In this document: one piece after another, positions 13,044-26,551 of the stretch
Numbering within the stretch: position 1 is the stretch's first letter
Layout: each line of letters starts with the position of its first letter
Assembly: GCA_012295275.1 (NCBI GenBank)
Contig: CM022675.1
Span: 2,294,001-2,358,000 of the forward strand
Direction of reading: 5' to 3'
Length of the DNA: 64,000 bases
Source: Chrysomallon squamiferum
Taxonomy: Eukaryota > Animalia > Mollusca
Notes under the pieces: model-generated
The model's database searches: none
Seen by the model: the letters and a program-made list of their open reading frames with translations, nothing else
What the model was told of the DNA's origin: nothing
Program-made: the position numbers and the translations under genes

Positions 13044-13503
13044 CAATAATAAAATAGAAGAGAATAGACATTTAGAAGAATAAATGGTATCTCTATACCA
13101 GTAGATATGACAATTGTTGTAAGCAGTATGAAATAAAGAAAGCAGCATATCGAAATATTCAAATTTTATTTATTTATTTTTAATTTGAGTTATATAGTTC
13201 TTTTTATCTATATCGTATTTAATTAGTGAAGTCGTCTTGTTCTTAACCCTATTTCAGTAAGTAAAAACAAATATATATATCCTCATTTAAAATAATTGTT
13301 TCTAAAATTTTAATGTTATAATTTGAATGATGTATTTTTTTAAATATTTTGTTCCACTGTGTGAACTATGTATATTCAAATTCACCTTCTTTTGGTGACA
13401 ACAGACGCATACAATATTTCTATAAAGAAACAGAGACGAAAATAAAGTCACCTAGAGTGATGGAACATCTTAGCAGTAGCAGATAGACGAAAGTTATCCA
13501 CAT
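3187..13503 (-). CDS. Gene A: EGF-EGF-ZP transmembrane protein with four SRCR domains inserted in ZP-C (19 coding exons, 895 aa, apparently intact)
   Basis: Exons (minus strand): 13452-13503 signal peptide MWITFVYLLLLRCSITLG; 12715-12837 EGF1; 12182-12319 EGF2; 11742-11929 and 11317-11471 ZP-N; 10799-10941 ZP-C part a; 10468-10512 linker; SRCR1 10065-10206 + 9624-9796; SRCR2 9330-9489 + 8700-8851; SRCR3 8223-8379 + 7806-7978; SRCR4 7453-7609 + 6736-6902; ZP-C parts b/c 5599-5692 and 4928-5093; 3537-3654 (RKRR + EHP); 3187-3371 TM and tail. All introns are GT-AG with matching phases; total 2688 nt with no internal stop. Confidence 0.88.
6736..10512 (-). CDS. Gene A: linker plus four SRCR domains, each split over two exons
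   Basis: Each domain starts RLV[DG]G...G.[VL][EQ][VI]....W and carries VC/LC/YC-R.LG[FY]. SRCR4 is a canonical six-Cys group A domain (WGTVCD, GSGPIFLRDIHCLGNETSLEQC, DAGVIC). SRCR1-3 are divergent. Confidence 0.93.
7230..7486 (-). repeat. Same about 61-bp exon-end/donor repeat, about 3 extra copies, gene A
   Basis: TTAATAACTTACTTAGTGAAACCC-like units at about 7441 (real donor), 7381, 7321 and 7271, decaying away from the exon. Confidence 0.85.
10799..11929 (-). CDS. Gene A: ZP-N domain, interdomain linker and first strands of ZP-C
   Basis: DVSCQKSSMMIMIYPSGTFNGVVYAKGG...SCKF...LNIKDPECGG...DVIIQF...KVSVTC has the four-Cys ZP-N pattern. It is followed by LVQFNIDLKDGSSVSESAAVSLDEELTFQFT (IHP-like strand plus the next strand). 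Confidence 0.8.
12182..12837 (-). CDS. Gene A: two EGF-like domain exons
   Basis: CRRQGQDCANNKTCQNDGTCDCGNDYTGYNCE and CTNQTDSCGSDGGICYNDNGNKACFCAPGFYGDHCE: six-Cys EGF spacing with CxC...GxxC; both are phase 1-1 exons. Confidence 0.93.
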
Positions 13504-13852
13504 ATTTACTTTATACTGAAAAGAAAATTAAGTAAAATAACAAACAAACACACAAATAATCTAATAAATTAAAAATAAATAAATAAATATATAAATAAAT
13601 AAATACCTATGATGTTATATTTTATGAATAGTGTTGTGTGTGTGCTTGTGTGTCTTTGTGTACATAAAACAATAGAGTACTAACACAATCATTAACTGTT
13701 ATGAAACACACTTTTTCTTAACATCGTAGTATTATAAATTTATGTTTTGTACCCACCAATATGCATTAATACATACGTACTTACAAACATACATGCATAA
13801 ACAAAAAATAGTACACACAAATCTGGGGAATTTGGGCAAACTGACACCTTAC

Positions 13853-14070
13853 CCAGTGTTCTAATTTGATTGCTATGAAATAGCTGGTACAGTCACTGTT
13901 GAAGTTAAACAAGCCGAGTTGCAGTGGTGAGTGTATGGACCAATCGAGAAATCAAAGTTAATAGAGCTCCTCAGTTGATGTCTTATGATCAGATAGTTAG
14001 TCTTTAAAACAGCTTTTAAGATGATTTGAATACGTTTCCTGTTTGATGAGATCAATCAGAACCCATAAAT
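13853..14070 (-). promoter_or_regulatory. Candidate non-coding first exon / promoter region of gene A
   Basis: The ATG exon has an acceptor (TTTTCAG) 12 nt upstream of the ATG, which points to a 5' UTR exon. A strong donor CTGG|GTAAGG lies at 13853. The block is homologous to 43510-43710 upstream of gene B and is duplicated at about 17156. Confidence 0.45.
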
Positions 14071-15567
14071 TAGTTTAAATCAAATGCAAAAAACACAGAT
14101 GATCTTGAATGCACTGCATGAATATATAGTAACGTAACAATATAATTACATTATAACAGGCTCATTTTCAGATGTCCTTGTATACGCATGTCTTCAAACT
14201 GTACAAACACATTGACTGAAGTAATGTACATGTATATTTACAGAACGTAGACACTAAAGAATTTATAATACAAATTTACAGACAACGGATGAAACAAATT
14301 TATCAAAGTAAAATGCGTGCTAATGTACATAAAAGTGAGTACAATTGTCCACTGAATAACGTGCTTACATATAAATAATGCGTAGAGATATGTAAACTGA
14401 TCTTCCTGCAAAGGTAAAGAAGTCAAACATGCACATTTACTGAAGTAATCAATCTGGACATGTAAGCACACATTCACTTAATAAACGTATATTCAAATGT
14501 ACGCTTGCAGACACATATATTTGTTCCTGTACAAGTATATGGAAAGTGTACACATTTATTTTAAGCAGTAATATACATACAAATGTATAGAAGGAATACA
14601 TACATTTTTGAAGTAGGATACTTAGAAATACATTGAAAATGTCGATATACATATACTGACGTAGTATACATCCACATATATAGAAAGTGTACACCCATGT
14701 ATTGATGTAGTATATACACACATACATGCAAATATCCACGTACATTTATTGACGCACCATATATAAAATACATAGAAATTGTGCACGTACATTCACAGGA
14801 GTAGTACACGTACACATATATAGAAAGATGAACTGCACGTACCTTGTTTATTGTAACACTCCAAGTAAACCGTTTTCCTCTCATACACTGTGTGCTCTGT
14901 TTGGAAAGAAATATAAAAATGTGTATTAAGATGAGCTTTGCTCTATTTATATGATCACAAAAAAAAAAAAAAAAAGGTATTTCCATTTAAATGGTGGGTG
15001 ATACGCTTCACTAGTGTTACTGAAACATTTCATATATCTCTTCACTTTCTTCTTCTTCTTCTTCTTCTTCTTCTTCTTCTAATTTTTACTGGACTACTGA
15101 TCTTTTAGACATTGGTTATCGTACTTTGTATATTTGTAATACACATATACATGTCTATAGAATATATTATTTTTTGTGTTTATTCATTTATTTGTTTGTT
15201 TGTTCTTTGTATTGTTTCTTTGCTTATTTCCTTCAGTGCTTTTTTATTTGTTTTCTTTATTTGTTTGACTGCTAAGCTTGTTTAATTATTTTTGAAAAGT
15301 AGACTGATGGCAATTATTACTAGAACAAAGACGATAAAAACAACAACTACTGCTACAACTACTACTGTTACTAGTGCTATTGCAACTTGTAATGATATAA
15401 GTCATATAAACAACGCTATAAACAGCAATAACAATATATCAACTGAATTATGATTCGGACACATTCGGCGCTTGTCGAACAAGATAGCAAATAAAAACAT
15501 CTATCTATCTATGTATCTATTTATCTATCTATCTATATATTTGACGAAAGCCTAGCGAAATAAGATG

Positions 15568-15611
<44 letters not shown>

Positions 15612-15837
15612 TTTCTTATTTATTTAAGTTATAGTCTGGACACACGTTACCTCTATATAACTAGCATCGTACCAAAATCTTATACACATGTACTGTCTGT
15701 ATGTGTTTGTATGTATGCATGTGTGCTGGGGTCATTTTACGTATGTATGCATGTGTGCTGGGGTTATTTTATGTATGCCGTTACTTGTGTCCTTGACTTA
15801 ACGTTAAAGGCAACCACAAATATATGCTTTCTTTATC

Positions 15838-15873
<36 letters not shown>

Positions 15874-16096
15874 CAACAGAAAACAAATTATGTATTACCA
15901 GTCATGCATATCTGCTCCTCTAGAGCAGCAGACCGTGGTTGAATACATACGAGTCCAACCCATTTTTATTTTCTTTCTTCTCTTATAAAGAATTGAGGGA
16001 TAGCTGCGTCTTACGCCCCGAGCGTAAAGAATCGATGTTTTATACACATAATATTCTATTCAATCTCTTAAAATATGTGTGTTTGTGTGTGTTTGT

Positions 16097-16204
<108 letters not shown>

Positions 16205-19200
16205 AAATACGTCGTATGTACTGGCGATATATACACGTGTTTTCTTTTCTTTTCTTTTCTTTTCGTTTTTCTTCATTTTTTCTTCATTCTTTCTGTTGTT
16301 ATTTTGTGTTTCGTTTTTTTGTTTTTTTGTTGTTTTTTTCTCGCGCGGGTTTGTCCTTTCTTTATTTCTTTGAATTTAGTAGTCTGAGGTACAGGTTTAC
16401 CTTTACCTGATGCGTGCGTGCGTAGGTTTTTGTATCTATGCATGCATGTGTGCATATAAGTGTAGATATTTGAGTGTAAGTGTGTGCGTGGATATATTTG
16501 TGTAAACGTGTGTATTTGTACGTGTGCCAGTGCACGTCTGTATATATCTATCTATGTTTGTATGTGCATATATACACGTGCATATGAATGTATGTATGTA
16601 TAATAGTGCATCTGTCTCTCTATATATATATTTGTGTATGTATGTATGTGTCAGTGAGTTTTGTTTCATATCTACCTATGTATCTGCTTGTCTGTGAATG
16701 TGGATGGGGGTGTTAATGTGTGTAAGTGTATGTTTCCGTATGTGTATAATGTTGTACATGCATGTATGTGTATGTGTGTGTCTGTGTGTGTGTGGGTGTG
16801 TTGGGTTGAGCGAGCATTATTATATTATATGTTTATGTTTGATAATGTATGTTTCTCTATGAGCGTCTGTCCATATATACGTTTGTGGTTTAAGTGAGTA
16901 TATTTGTATTTATGTTGGCTCGTAGAAGAGTGTGAATGTGTTTGTCTGGGTGTTCAAATTACTACACTAATGATTATCAATATACTATCAATCATTAACT
17001 GTTATGATACACACTTTTTCTTAACATCGTAGTATTATAAATTTATGTTTTGTACCCACCAATATGCATTAATACATACGTACTTACAAACATACATACA
17101 TAAACAAGAAATAGTACACACAAATCTGTGGAATTTGCGCAAACTGACACCTTACCCAGTGTTCTAATTTGATTGCTATGTAATAGCTGGTACAGTCACT
17201 GTTGAAGTTAAAGAAGTCGAGTTGTAGTGGTGAGTGTATGGACCAATCGAGAAATCAAAGTTAATAGAGCTCCTCAGTTGATGTCTTATGATCAGATAGT
17301 TAGTCTTTAAAATAGATTTTAAGATGATTTGGATACGTTTGCTCTTTGATGAGATAAATCAGAACCCATAAATAATTTAAATCAAATGCAAAAAGACGCA
17401 GATGATCTTGAATGCACTACATGAATATATAGTAACGTGACAATATAATTACACTATAACAGGCACATTTAAATATGTCCTTGTATACGCTCGTCCTAAA
17501 ACTGTACAAACACATTGACTGAAGTAATGTACATGTATATTTACAGAACGTAGACACTATAGAAGTTATAATACAAATTTACAGACAACGGATGAAACAA
17601 ATTTATCAAAGTAAAATGCGTGCTAATGTACATAAAAGTGAGTACAATTGTCCACTGAATAACGTACTTACATATAAATAATGCGTAGAGATATGTAAAC
17701 TGATCTTCCTGCAAATGTAAAGAAGTCAAACATGCACATTTACTGAAGCAATGAATCTGGACATGTAAGCACACATTCACTGAATAAACGTACATACAAA
17801 TGTACGCTTGCAGACACGTATATTTGTTCCTGTACAAGTATATAGAAAGTGTACACATTTATTTTAAGCAGTAATATACATACAAACGCGTAGAAGGAAT
17901 ACATACATTTTTGAAGTAGGATACTTACAAATACATTGAAAATGTCGATATACATATACTGACGTAGTATACATACACATATATAGAAAGTGTACACACA
18001 TGTATTGATGTAGTATATACACACATACATGCAAATATCCACATACACTTATTGACTTAAAATACATAGAAATTGTGCACGTACATTCACAGGAGTAGTA
18101 CACGTACACATATATAGAAAGATGAACTGCACGTACCTTGTTTATTGTAACACTCCAAGTAAACCGTTTTCCTCTCTTACACTGTCTGCTCTGTTTGGAA
18201 AGAAATATAAAAATGTGTATTAAGATGAGCTTTGCTCTATTTATATGATAACCAAAAAAAAAATAATAATAATAATAATAATAATCATAATAAAGAAATA
18301 AAAAAAATAAAAAGTTATTTCCATTTAAATCGTGTGTGAAACGCTTCACTAGTGTTACCGAAACATTTCACATATCTCTTCTCTTTCTTCTTCTGCTTCT
18401 AATTTTTACTGGGCTACTGATCTTTTAGACATTGGTTATCGTACTTTGTATATTTGTAATATACATATACATGTCTACGGAATATATTATTTTTTTTGGT
18501 TTATTCATTTATCTGTTTGTTTGTTTGTTCTTTGTATTGTTTCTTTGCTTATTTCCTTCGTTGCTGTTTTATTAGTTTTCTTTATTTGTTTGAATGCTAA
18601 ACTTGTTTAATTATTTTTGAAAAGTAGACTGATGGCAATTATTACTAGAACAAAGACGATAAAAACAACAACTACTGCTACAACTACTACTGTTACTAGT
18701 GCTTTTGCAACCTGTAATGATATAAGTCATATAAACAACGCTATAAACAGCAGTAACACTATATCAACTGAATTATGATTCGGACACATTCGGCGCTTGT
18801 CGAACAAGATAGCAAATAAAAACATCTATCTATCTATGTATCTATGTATGCATCTATCTATCTATTTATCTGTCTATCTATATATTTATATATATGTTTT
18901 GACGAAAGCCTAGCGAAATAAGATTATTGTTTATTTATTTATTTACTTATTTATTTAAGTTACAGTATGGACACACGTTACCTCTATATAACTAGCATTG
19001 TACCAAAATCGTATACACCTGTACTGTCTGTATGTGTTTGTATGTATGTATGTTTGCTGGGGTCATTTTATGTATGCCGTTACTTGTGTCCTTTTCTTAA
19101 CGTTAAAGGCAACCACAAATATATGCTTTCTTGTTTCTAAAAAAAAAAAAAAAAAAAAAAAGCAACTGAAAACTAAGTATGTATTAGCAGTCATGTTTAT

Positions 19201-19389
19201 CTGCTCCTCTAGAGCAGCAGACCGTGGTTGAATACATACGAGCCTTACCCATTTTTATTTTCTTTCTTCTCTTATAAATAATTGAGGGATAGCTGCGTCT
19301 TACGCCCCGAGCGTAAAGAATCGATGTTTTATACACTTCATTTTCTATTCAATCTCTTTAAATATGTGTGTTTGTGTGTGTTTGTCTGA

Positions 19390-19675
<286 letters not shown>

Positions 19676-20836
19676 AAATACGTCGTATGTACGGGCGATA
19701 TATACATGTTTTTTTTTTTTCTTTTCTTTTCGTTTTTCTTCATTTTTTCTTCATTTTTTCTGTTGTTTTTTTGTTTTTTTGTTTTTATTTTCTCGCGCGG
19801 GTTTGTCCTTTTCTTTACTTCTTTGAATTTAGTAGTCTAAGGTACGGGTTTACCTTTACCTGCTGCGTGCGTGCGTAGGTTTTTGTATCCGTGCATGCAT
19901 GTGTGCAAATAAGTGTAGATATTTGAGTGTAAGTGTGTGCGTGGATATATTTGTGTAAGCGTGTGTGTATTTGTACGTGTGCCAGTGCACGTCTGTATAT
20001 ATCTATCTATGTTTGTATGTGCATATATACACGTGCATATGAATGAATGTATGTATATGAGTGCATCTGTCTCTCTCTATATATATTTGTGAATGTGTGT
20101 ATGTGTCACTGAGTTTTGTTTCATATCTACCTATGTATCTGCTTGTCTGTGAATGTGGATGGGGGTGTTAATGTGTGTAAGTGTATGTTTCCGTATGTGT
20201 ATAATGTTGTACATGCGTGTATGTGTCTGTGTGTATGTGTGTGTATCTGTGTGTGACTGTGTGTGTGTGTGTGTGTGTGTCTGTGTGTGTATGTGTGTGT
20301 GTGTATCTGTGGGTGGGTTGGCTTGAGCGATGATTATTATATTATATGTTTATGTTTGATAATGTATGTTTCTCTATGAGCGTCTGTCCATATATACGTT
20401 TGTGGTTTAAGTGAGTATATTTGTATTTATGTTGGTTCTTAGAAGAGTGTGAATGTGTTTGTCTGGGTGTTTAAATTACTACACTAATGATTATCAATAT
20501 ACTATCATAAATTCTGTCTGGATATATGTCAGTAAATTGACAGACATTTTTTGTTTAATTTGTTTTAAATTTGTTTATGTAGGATACCTTTAAGGTTAAA
20601 ATCAGTCAGAAATACGTCTGTTACTTGATGCGTGACAAGTGAAGGAAAACAGCGAGTGTTGTTGTGAAAGTGGAGTGCCAGTCTAGATGAGCAGTGATGT
20701 GTTACACGTGTTTGTACAGCTTTGTGATCCTAATCAGAGAGATTTTAAACGAGTCACGTTTCTTCATACTTTGTTCAAAGCGATTCACAAATTTCATCCT
20801 TAAACACTCATACAAACATAATAATAATAATACTAA

Positions 20837-20868
<32 letters not shown>

Positions 20869-21749
20869 ATAATAATAATAAATAAATTAGTTAATTAATT
20901 AATAAAAAGACATAATATTATAATAAAGATCACTGGCTGAGAGATATATTAAAAGATTAACTTTTTATTCTGAATAGCGTATACATCTGAAAATACAACT
21001 TTGTGTCACACCCTAACACCCTTAGAGATAATGTGTATATACGTCAGAACATACATAGCATCAAGCTTAATTTAACGTCGTAATGTATATTCAAAGTCAT
21101 TCAGTACAGTGTCTGAAAGCTCTCATAATCTGCCCAGAAATTCATAAAAGTAGTGTTTTTATTACTCACATTATTATTATTATTAGTAGTAGTAGTATCA
21201 TTAGTATTATTATTATTACAAACTCACAGACATACGTACATAAAGTCGCGCACATCATTATATTTAAGTTAAAAAAATCCAGACTGAAAAGAAATAATAA
21301 AAGAAAAACATTAATTTATCAGATAATATTTGTTTGTTGACGTACAACAAGCGAGTGAAAAACACAGCGTGGAAGACGTGTAATAGTGTAGATGAGCAGT
21401 GAGGCATCGCAAGTGTGTTTATGTTAGTTCACTACAATAATCTAGTCAAACGTTGTCAAACTAGTTTTCTTAATACTTTCTTCAAAACAGTTTTAAAATT
21501 TCACTGACAAAATATGAGCTGCTTTTATCGTAAAATATTAATGCCATAAGAAAATTAAAACACACACACACACACATACAGAATACAAGCCAACAAACAG
21601 CAAGCCATACACGACCAGTGAAGCATTTTCGTAGAGCAGTAGACTCGAGATGTCTCGAGGTAAAACTGTTTGTATGTCTAACAAAAGCTAGAATAATGGA
21701 TACCTTATTATCTATACACAAACCCGATCTATCCACTGAAACAGTCCCT

Positions 21750-22116
21750 GTAGGTAGGTAGGCAGGCTTATAGGCTGTTGCTAGGAAATGTCTATTTAGT
21801 TATAGAATATATCCCTAATGCTAAACCAGACCCTGTCAACAATGCTAACCGAAATTTGACCCTAAACCTAACCATAGCACCCAGCCCAACCCCAAACCTA
21901 ACACTGGCCCTATCTCTAGCTGTATTGTTAGTTATTATTATGCGATAAACTAACATTTTATAAAACATCCACTGTTAACTATCCAAAGCTAATTTTTTCA
22001 AGTAAATATTTCCCCCCCCAGTGGTGACCTTTAATGTTTACCATTCTTAAACCTGTTCTTAAACATAACCGTAAACCTAATCCTAATCCTAGTAGTATCG
22101 TTATTTATATCATGAA

Positions 22117-22151
<35 letters not shown>

Positions 22152-23740
22152 AAATGTTATATTTAACTATAAACTATCATCTACCGTTACGTTTCCAAAG
22201 TCAATTTTCTGAAATAAAAGTTATCTTAACTTTTTTCATCTAAAACTCAGAGTTAACTTTCCATTGTCAACTTTTTTAAAATAGAATTTTTTTGATTCTG
22301 CTGATGATGAAGGACAGACCGTATTTTAAACGTAAACCTAAAAAAGTAATACGCAGTCACCTATAATTATTGACTATGCTTATATGTTGTTGTTGTTTTT
22401 TTTGTTGGTTTTTTTGTTGTTTTTTTTTTTTTTTTTTTTTGGCTTTTTTTAATGTTGATATTAATCTCTAAAAGCAGCCTGAATATCACAATCACAGTAA
22501 ACTCAATAGACTCTAGTTCAACATCAACCTCAAAGTCGGGTCATCAGTTTCAGAATCAGGAACGGTATCTTTAGATTACGAACATACATTTGAATTCATT
22601 ACAAGTTGGGTCACTTGTTTCTTTGAATATATTAATAATAATAATAATAATAATACGCTCAATTTGCTTCACATAATATCTGTAAGACAGCCCTGGTAAG
22701 GTTTATCCCTCATGAAATGAGAAGAAGAAGATGAAGAAGAAGAAGAAGAAGAAGAAGAAGAAGAAGAAGAAGAAGAAGAAGAAGAAGAAGAAGAAGAAAA
22801 AAAATAATAATAATAATAATAGAAATTAAAGAAGAAAATGAGAAACACATATGGCAGATAAAAAAAAAAAAAAAAAGAAAAAAAAAAGGAAAAAAAGGAA
22901 AAAAAAAGCGAATATGCATAATGACTTCGATAACACCCGGAATTTTGGAACCTCAAAAAACCCACTATCCTAGTCTGTGTTAGTTATACCTCAAAAGGAA
23001 CAATATGCAGTTACTGTTTGTAGCTTCCTAAAGAAGAAAAACAAGAGTAATAACGGACTTTCCACGTCCACTGTTTTAGGAAAGCATCTTTATGATTTTC
23101 CTCAGTGATGAATCTATTGAGTTTCCGTAATAAACAGAGAATAGAAAACAATAAGGTAAAGTGGTAACTAGAATATACCTGCACAACAAATTGAATCTGA
23201 ACCACGTGTATGACTTACAAAGAAACACAAATCAAACGAGACATTTGCACCATATATTTTACTCAAACCATTGGAGTATAGCAAGACGATGAAGATGAAA
23301 AAAGTTAAAATAACTTATTTCAGAAAATTGACTTTGGAAAGGTAACGCTGGGTGATAGTTTATAGTTAAATATAACATTTACTTAAAAAAGAAATGAGCA
23401 TGGTATAAATAGTGTTCAGATTAGGGTTACGGTTATGTTTAAGGTACGGGTTTACCGTTATATTTTCGGTTAGGATTAATGTTATGTTCAGGATTAGAAT
23501 TAGGTTTAGATTTAAGTATTTATTTACCTCAACAGGCTTTCGTGTAAAAGTTGAACAGTCTTATGCTGAGCTTAATGATGAAATTGAAAAAAAGCTTTTA
23601 TTTGAAAAACATTAACGGTCATCACTAGAGGGGGAAATATTTATTTGAAAAATTAGCTTTGGATAGTTAACAGTGGATGTTTTGTAAAACGTTAATTTAT
23701 CGCATAGTTATAATTAATAAAGCCTGCCTACCTACCAAGA
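21750..23740. repeat. Two further copies (+ 21750-22345, - 23295-23740) of the 600-700 bp element found in the inverted-repeat arms
   Basis: Shared blocks GTAGGTAGGCAGGC, ATGCGATAAA.TAAC, CCACTGTTAACTATCCAAAGCTAA, repeated TTTCCAAAGTCAATTTT, and CCTAA-rich subrepeats. Confidence 0.8.
22475..22604 (+). pseudogene. Orphan inverted copy of the ZP-C part-a exon (10-nt deletion)
   Basis: CTGAATATCACAATCACAGTAAACTCAATAGAC...TTCAACATCAACCTCAAAG...TCAGTTTCAGAATCAG...TCTTTAGAT...TTTGAATTCATTACAA matches exons 10799-10941 and 39749-39891 on the opposite strand. Confidence 0.85.
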
Positions 23741-24172
23741 TTGTTTCATCCCTATCTACCTGTTTTTCTGTTGTTGTTGTTTTTTGTTTTTGTTTTTCTG
23801 TTTTGTTTATTTATTCATTTATGTACAGATCTATTTAGTTTCTTATTCCATTTTACTTTAATATAGTCTGTATTATTCCTGTTTTTTTATTATTATTATA
23901 TCTATAATTATTTAAATATTCTGTCTGTTTAGGTGTTATGATATACAGAATTGTGTAATTTTATTTACTTAATACACTTACATAAATATCGCCACATATC
24001 TGATTGAACCCATTGTGCCATTTACCTTTATTCACAAATGTATGACAGTCATGGTGACATTTCCCTTCACAAATGTCACCATTTTCTTGTTTAATTTCTT
24101 TATTATTATTGTTAATACTATTATTATTATTATTATTATTATTAACATATTCGAATAAAAAAGTTACACTGC

Positions 24173-24312
24173 TTGTAATGAATTCAAATGTAAGTTCCTC
24201 ATCTAAAGATACAGCTCCTGATTCGGAAATTGAACACTCGAGTTTGAGGTTGATGTTGAACTGGACAAGCGAACAGTCTATTGAGTTAACTGTTTTTGTG
24301 ATATTCAGGCTG
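24173..24312 (-). pseudogene. Orphan copy of the ZP-C part-a exon (frame open, donor GT->GC)
   Basis: Translates SLNITKTVNSIDCSLVQFNINLKLECSISESGAVSLDEELTFEFIT, versus TLNITNTVNSIDSSLVQFNIDLKDGSSVSESAAVSLDEELTFQFTT in gene A. No neighbouring exons found. Confidence 0.88.
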
Positions 24313-24397
24313 CTTTTAGAGATTAATATCAAAATAAAAGAATATAAAAAACACACATTTATGCATAGTCAATAATTATAGTTGACTGCGTATTAAC

Positions 24398-25837
24398 TTT
24401 GTCCTTCATCATAAGCAGATTTAAATAACTTCTATTTTAAAAAAGTTGATTTTGGAAAGTTAACTGTGAATTTTAGGTGAAAACAGCTAAAATAACTTTT
24501 ATTTCAGAAAATTGACTTTGGAAAGGTAACGGTGGGTGATAGTTTATAGTTAAATATAACATTTATTTAAAAAACAAATGAGCATGGTATAAATAACGAT
24601 ACTGCTACTGTTCAGATTAGGGTTACGGTTATGTTTAAGGATAGGTTTACCGTTATATCTCCGGTTAGGTTTAATGTTATGTTTAGGCTTAGAATTAGGT
24701 TTAGATTTAAGTATTTATTATGCTCAACGTAATGATAAAATTGAAAAACGCATTTATTTGAAAAGATTAACTTTCTAAAGTTAACGGTGAACGTTAGGGG
24801 GAAAACATATGTACTTGAAAAAGTTAGCTTTGGATAGTTAACAGTGTATGTTTTATAAAATGTTAGTTTATCGCATAGTTATAACTAACAATACAGCTAG
24901 AGATAGGGTTAGTGTTAGGTTGTTCTGTTGGCTTGGTGTTAGGGTTAGTATTTTGAATGTTAAATGTGGGCGTTGGAAATATAATTAAAATGATTTTTAT
25001 TATTAAACAAAAATAAAAGAACGATAAAAATGGTTCTAAATAAACATTATCTTACAACAACCGATAAGGCTGCCTACCTACCTGCCAGGATTGTGTCAGT
25101 GTATGCATCTCTATCCCTATCTAGCTGATTTTCTGTATACCCTCTTTTCATTTATCTACCTATCTATTTACTTTCATATACCATTTTGGTTCATTTACCT
25201 TCATTATTTATATGTTTGTTTAATTATTATTCTTTCTATATTTATTTAATTTCTCTCTCTTTTGAACTGTTAAGAAAAACACAATTGCCTAATTTTACTT
25301 ATGACACAAATATAGTCACATATTTGCTTGAACCCAGTGTGCCATTTACCTGCAGTCTCGAATGTGTGACAGTCATGTGTACATTTCCCTTCACAATGGA
25401 TTTTATTATATGTGTTAATTCATATAGCGTTTTCTTTATAAATTCATTTATTTATTTGAAAGTGTTTACCTCAGTTGCTACAATAATCACACTTGACAAT
25501 ACTCAGCAGGAACAGTAGTAGTAGTAGCAGTACTAGTAGTAATAGTAGTAGTAGTAGCAGTAGTAGTAGTAGCAGTAGTAGTTGTAGTTGTAGTAGTAGT
25601 ACTAGTAGTTATAGTAGTAGTATTAATATGAATTAGTGATAAATAAATTATAAGTTTATTGTTTATTAATACTAAATTTGAACGAGAAAATAAATCAGAA
25701 AGCTGTTTCTATCCATACACACATAATCATAATTAGGAAAACAAAAACAACAACAACAACAAACAAACAAAAAACAAAAAAGAAATTTGTAAGAACAGAC
25801 AATAATAAGAAAAGTAAAAAATAAGAAACCCTACCAA

Positions 25838-25870
<33 letters not shown>

Positions 25871-26060
25871 TCAGACACAAACGTAGAAACAATGAAGGTA
25901 AGAAACAAATAAGTATATTAATAAATAAATAAATAAATAAAAACAAACTGAATAAATAACACAGTTCAGAAAGAAAATCATGTAACATATCACGAAACCA
26001 ACACAAATAGATTCAAATTTATATTTCTGTTGATGAACATAGAAAACAGTAGGAGAGGAA

Positions 26061-26128
<68 letters not shown>

Positions 26129-26502
26129 AATACTGAGAAGAAATGTGGTAAGTAATATGCATACGAATATCAAAAATATTCAAGTAACCTTAGTCACTTA
26201 CTAAAGGAAAAAAATCATAACAACGTCTTTAGTACAGAACATTTGAAGTATGATAAGACAAAACTATAAAATAATAACAACAATAATTAATGAAAGTAAA
26301 CAAGTATGTGTACATAAAGGAATAGAAAAGGACACAGCGTAAGGGAAAATAAGTTAGATAGGTAGATGGATACCTACTGACTTACAATATAGGCAGGTGG
26401 ATTATGTGTGCCTGGATAGAAACAGGTTTCTGTTTTAATTTTTCGTTCAAATTCAGTATTAATATGCAATAAACTTATCATTTATTTATTACTAATTCAT
26501 AT

Positions 26503-26551
<49 letters not shown>

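Noticed and set aside
21820-21910. CCCTAA/TTAGGG-like motifs suggesting interstitial telomere
   Set aside because: The motifs are scattered and degenerate, embedded in the repeated element, and do not form a tandem telomeric tract.
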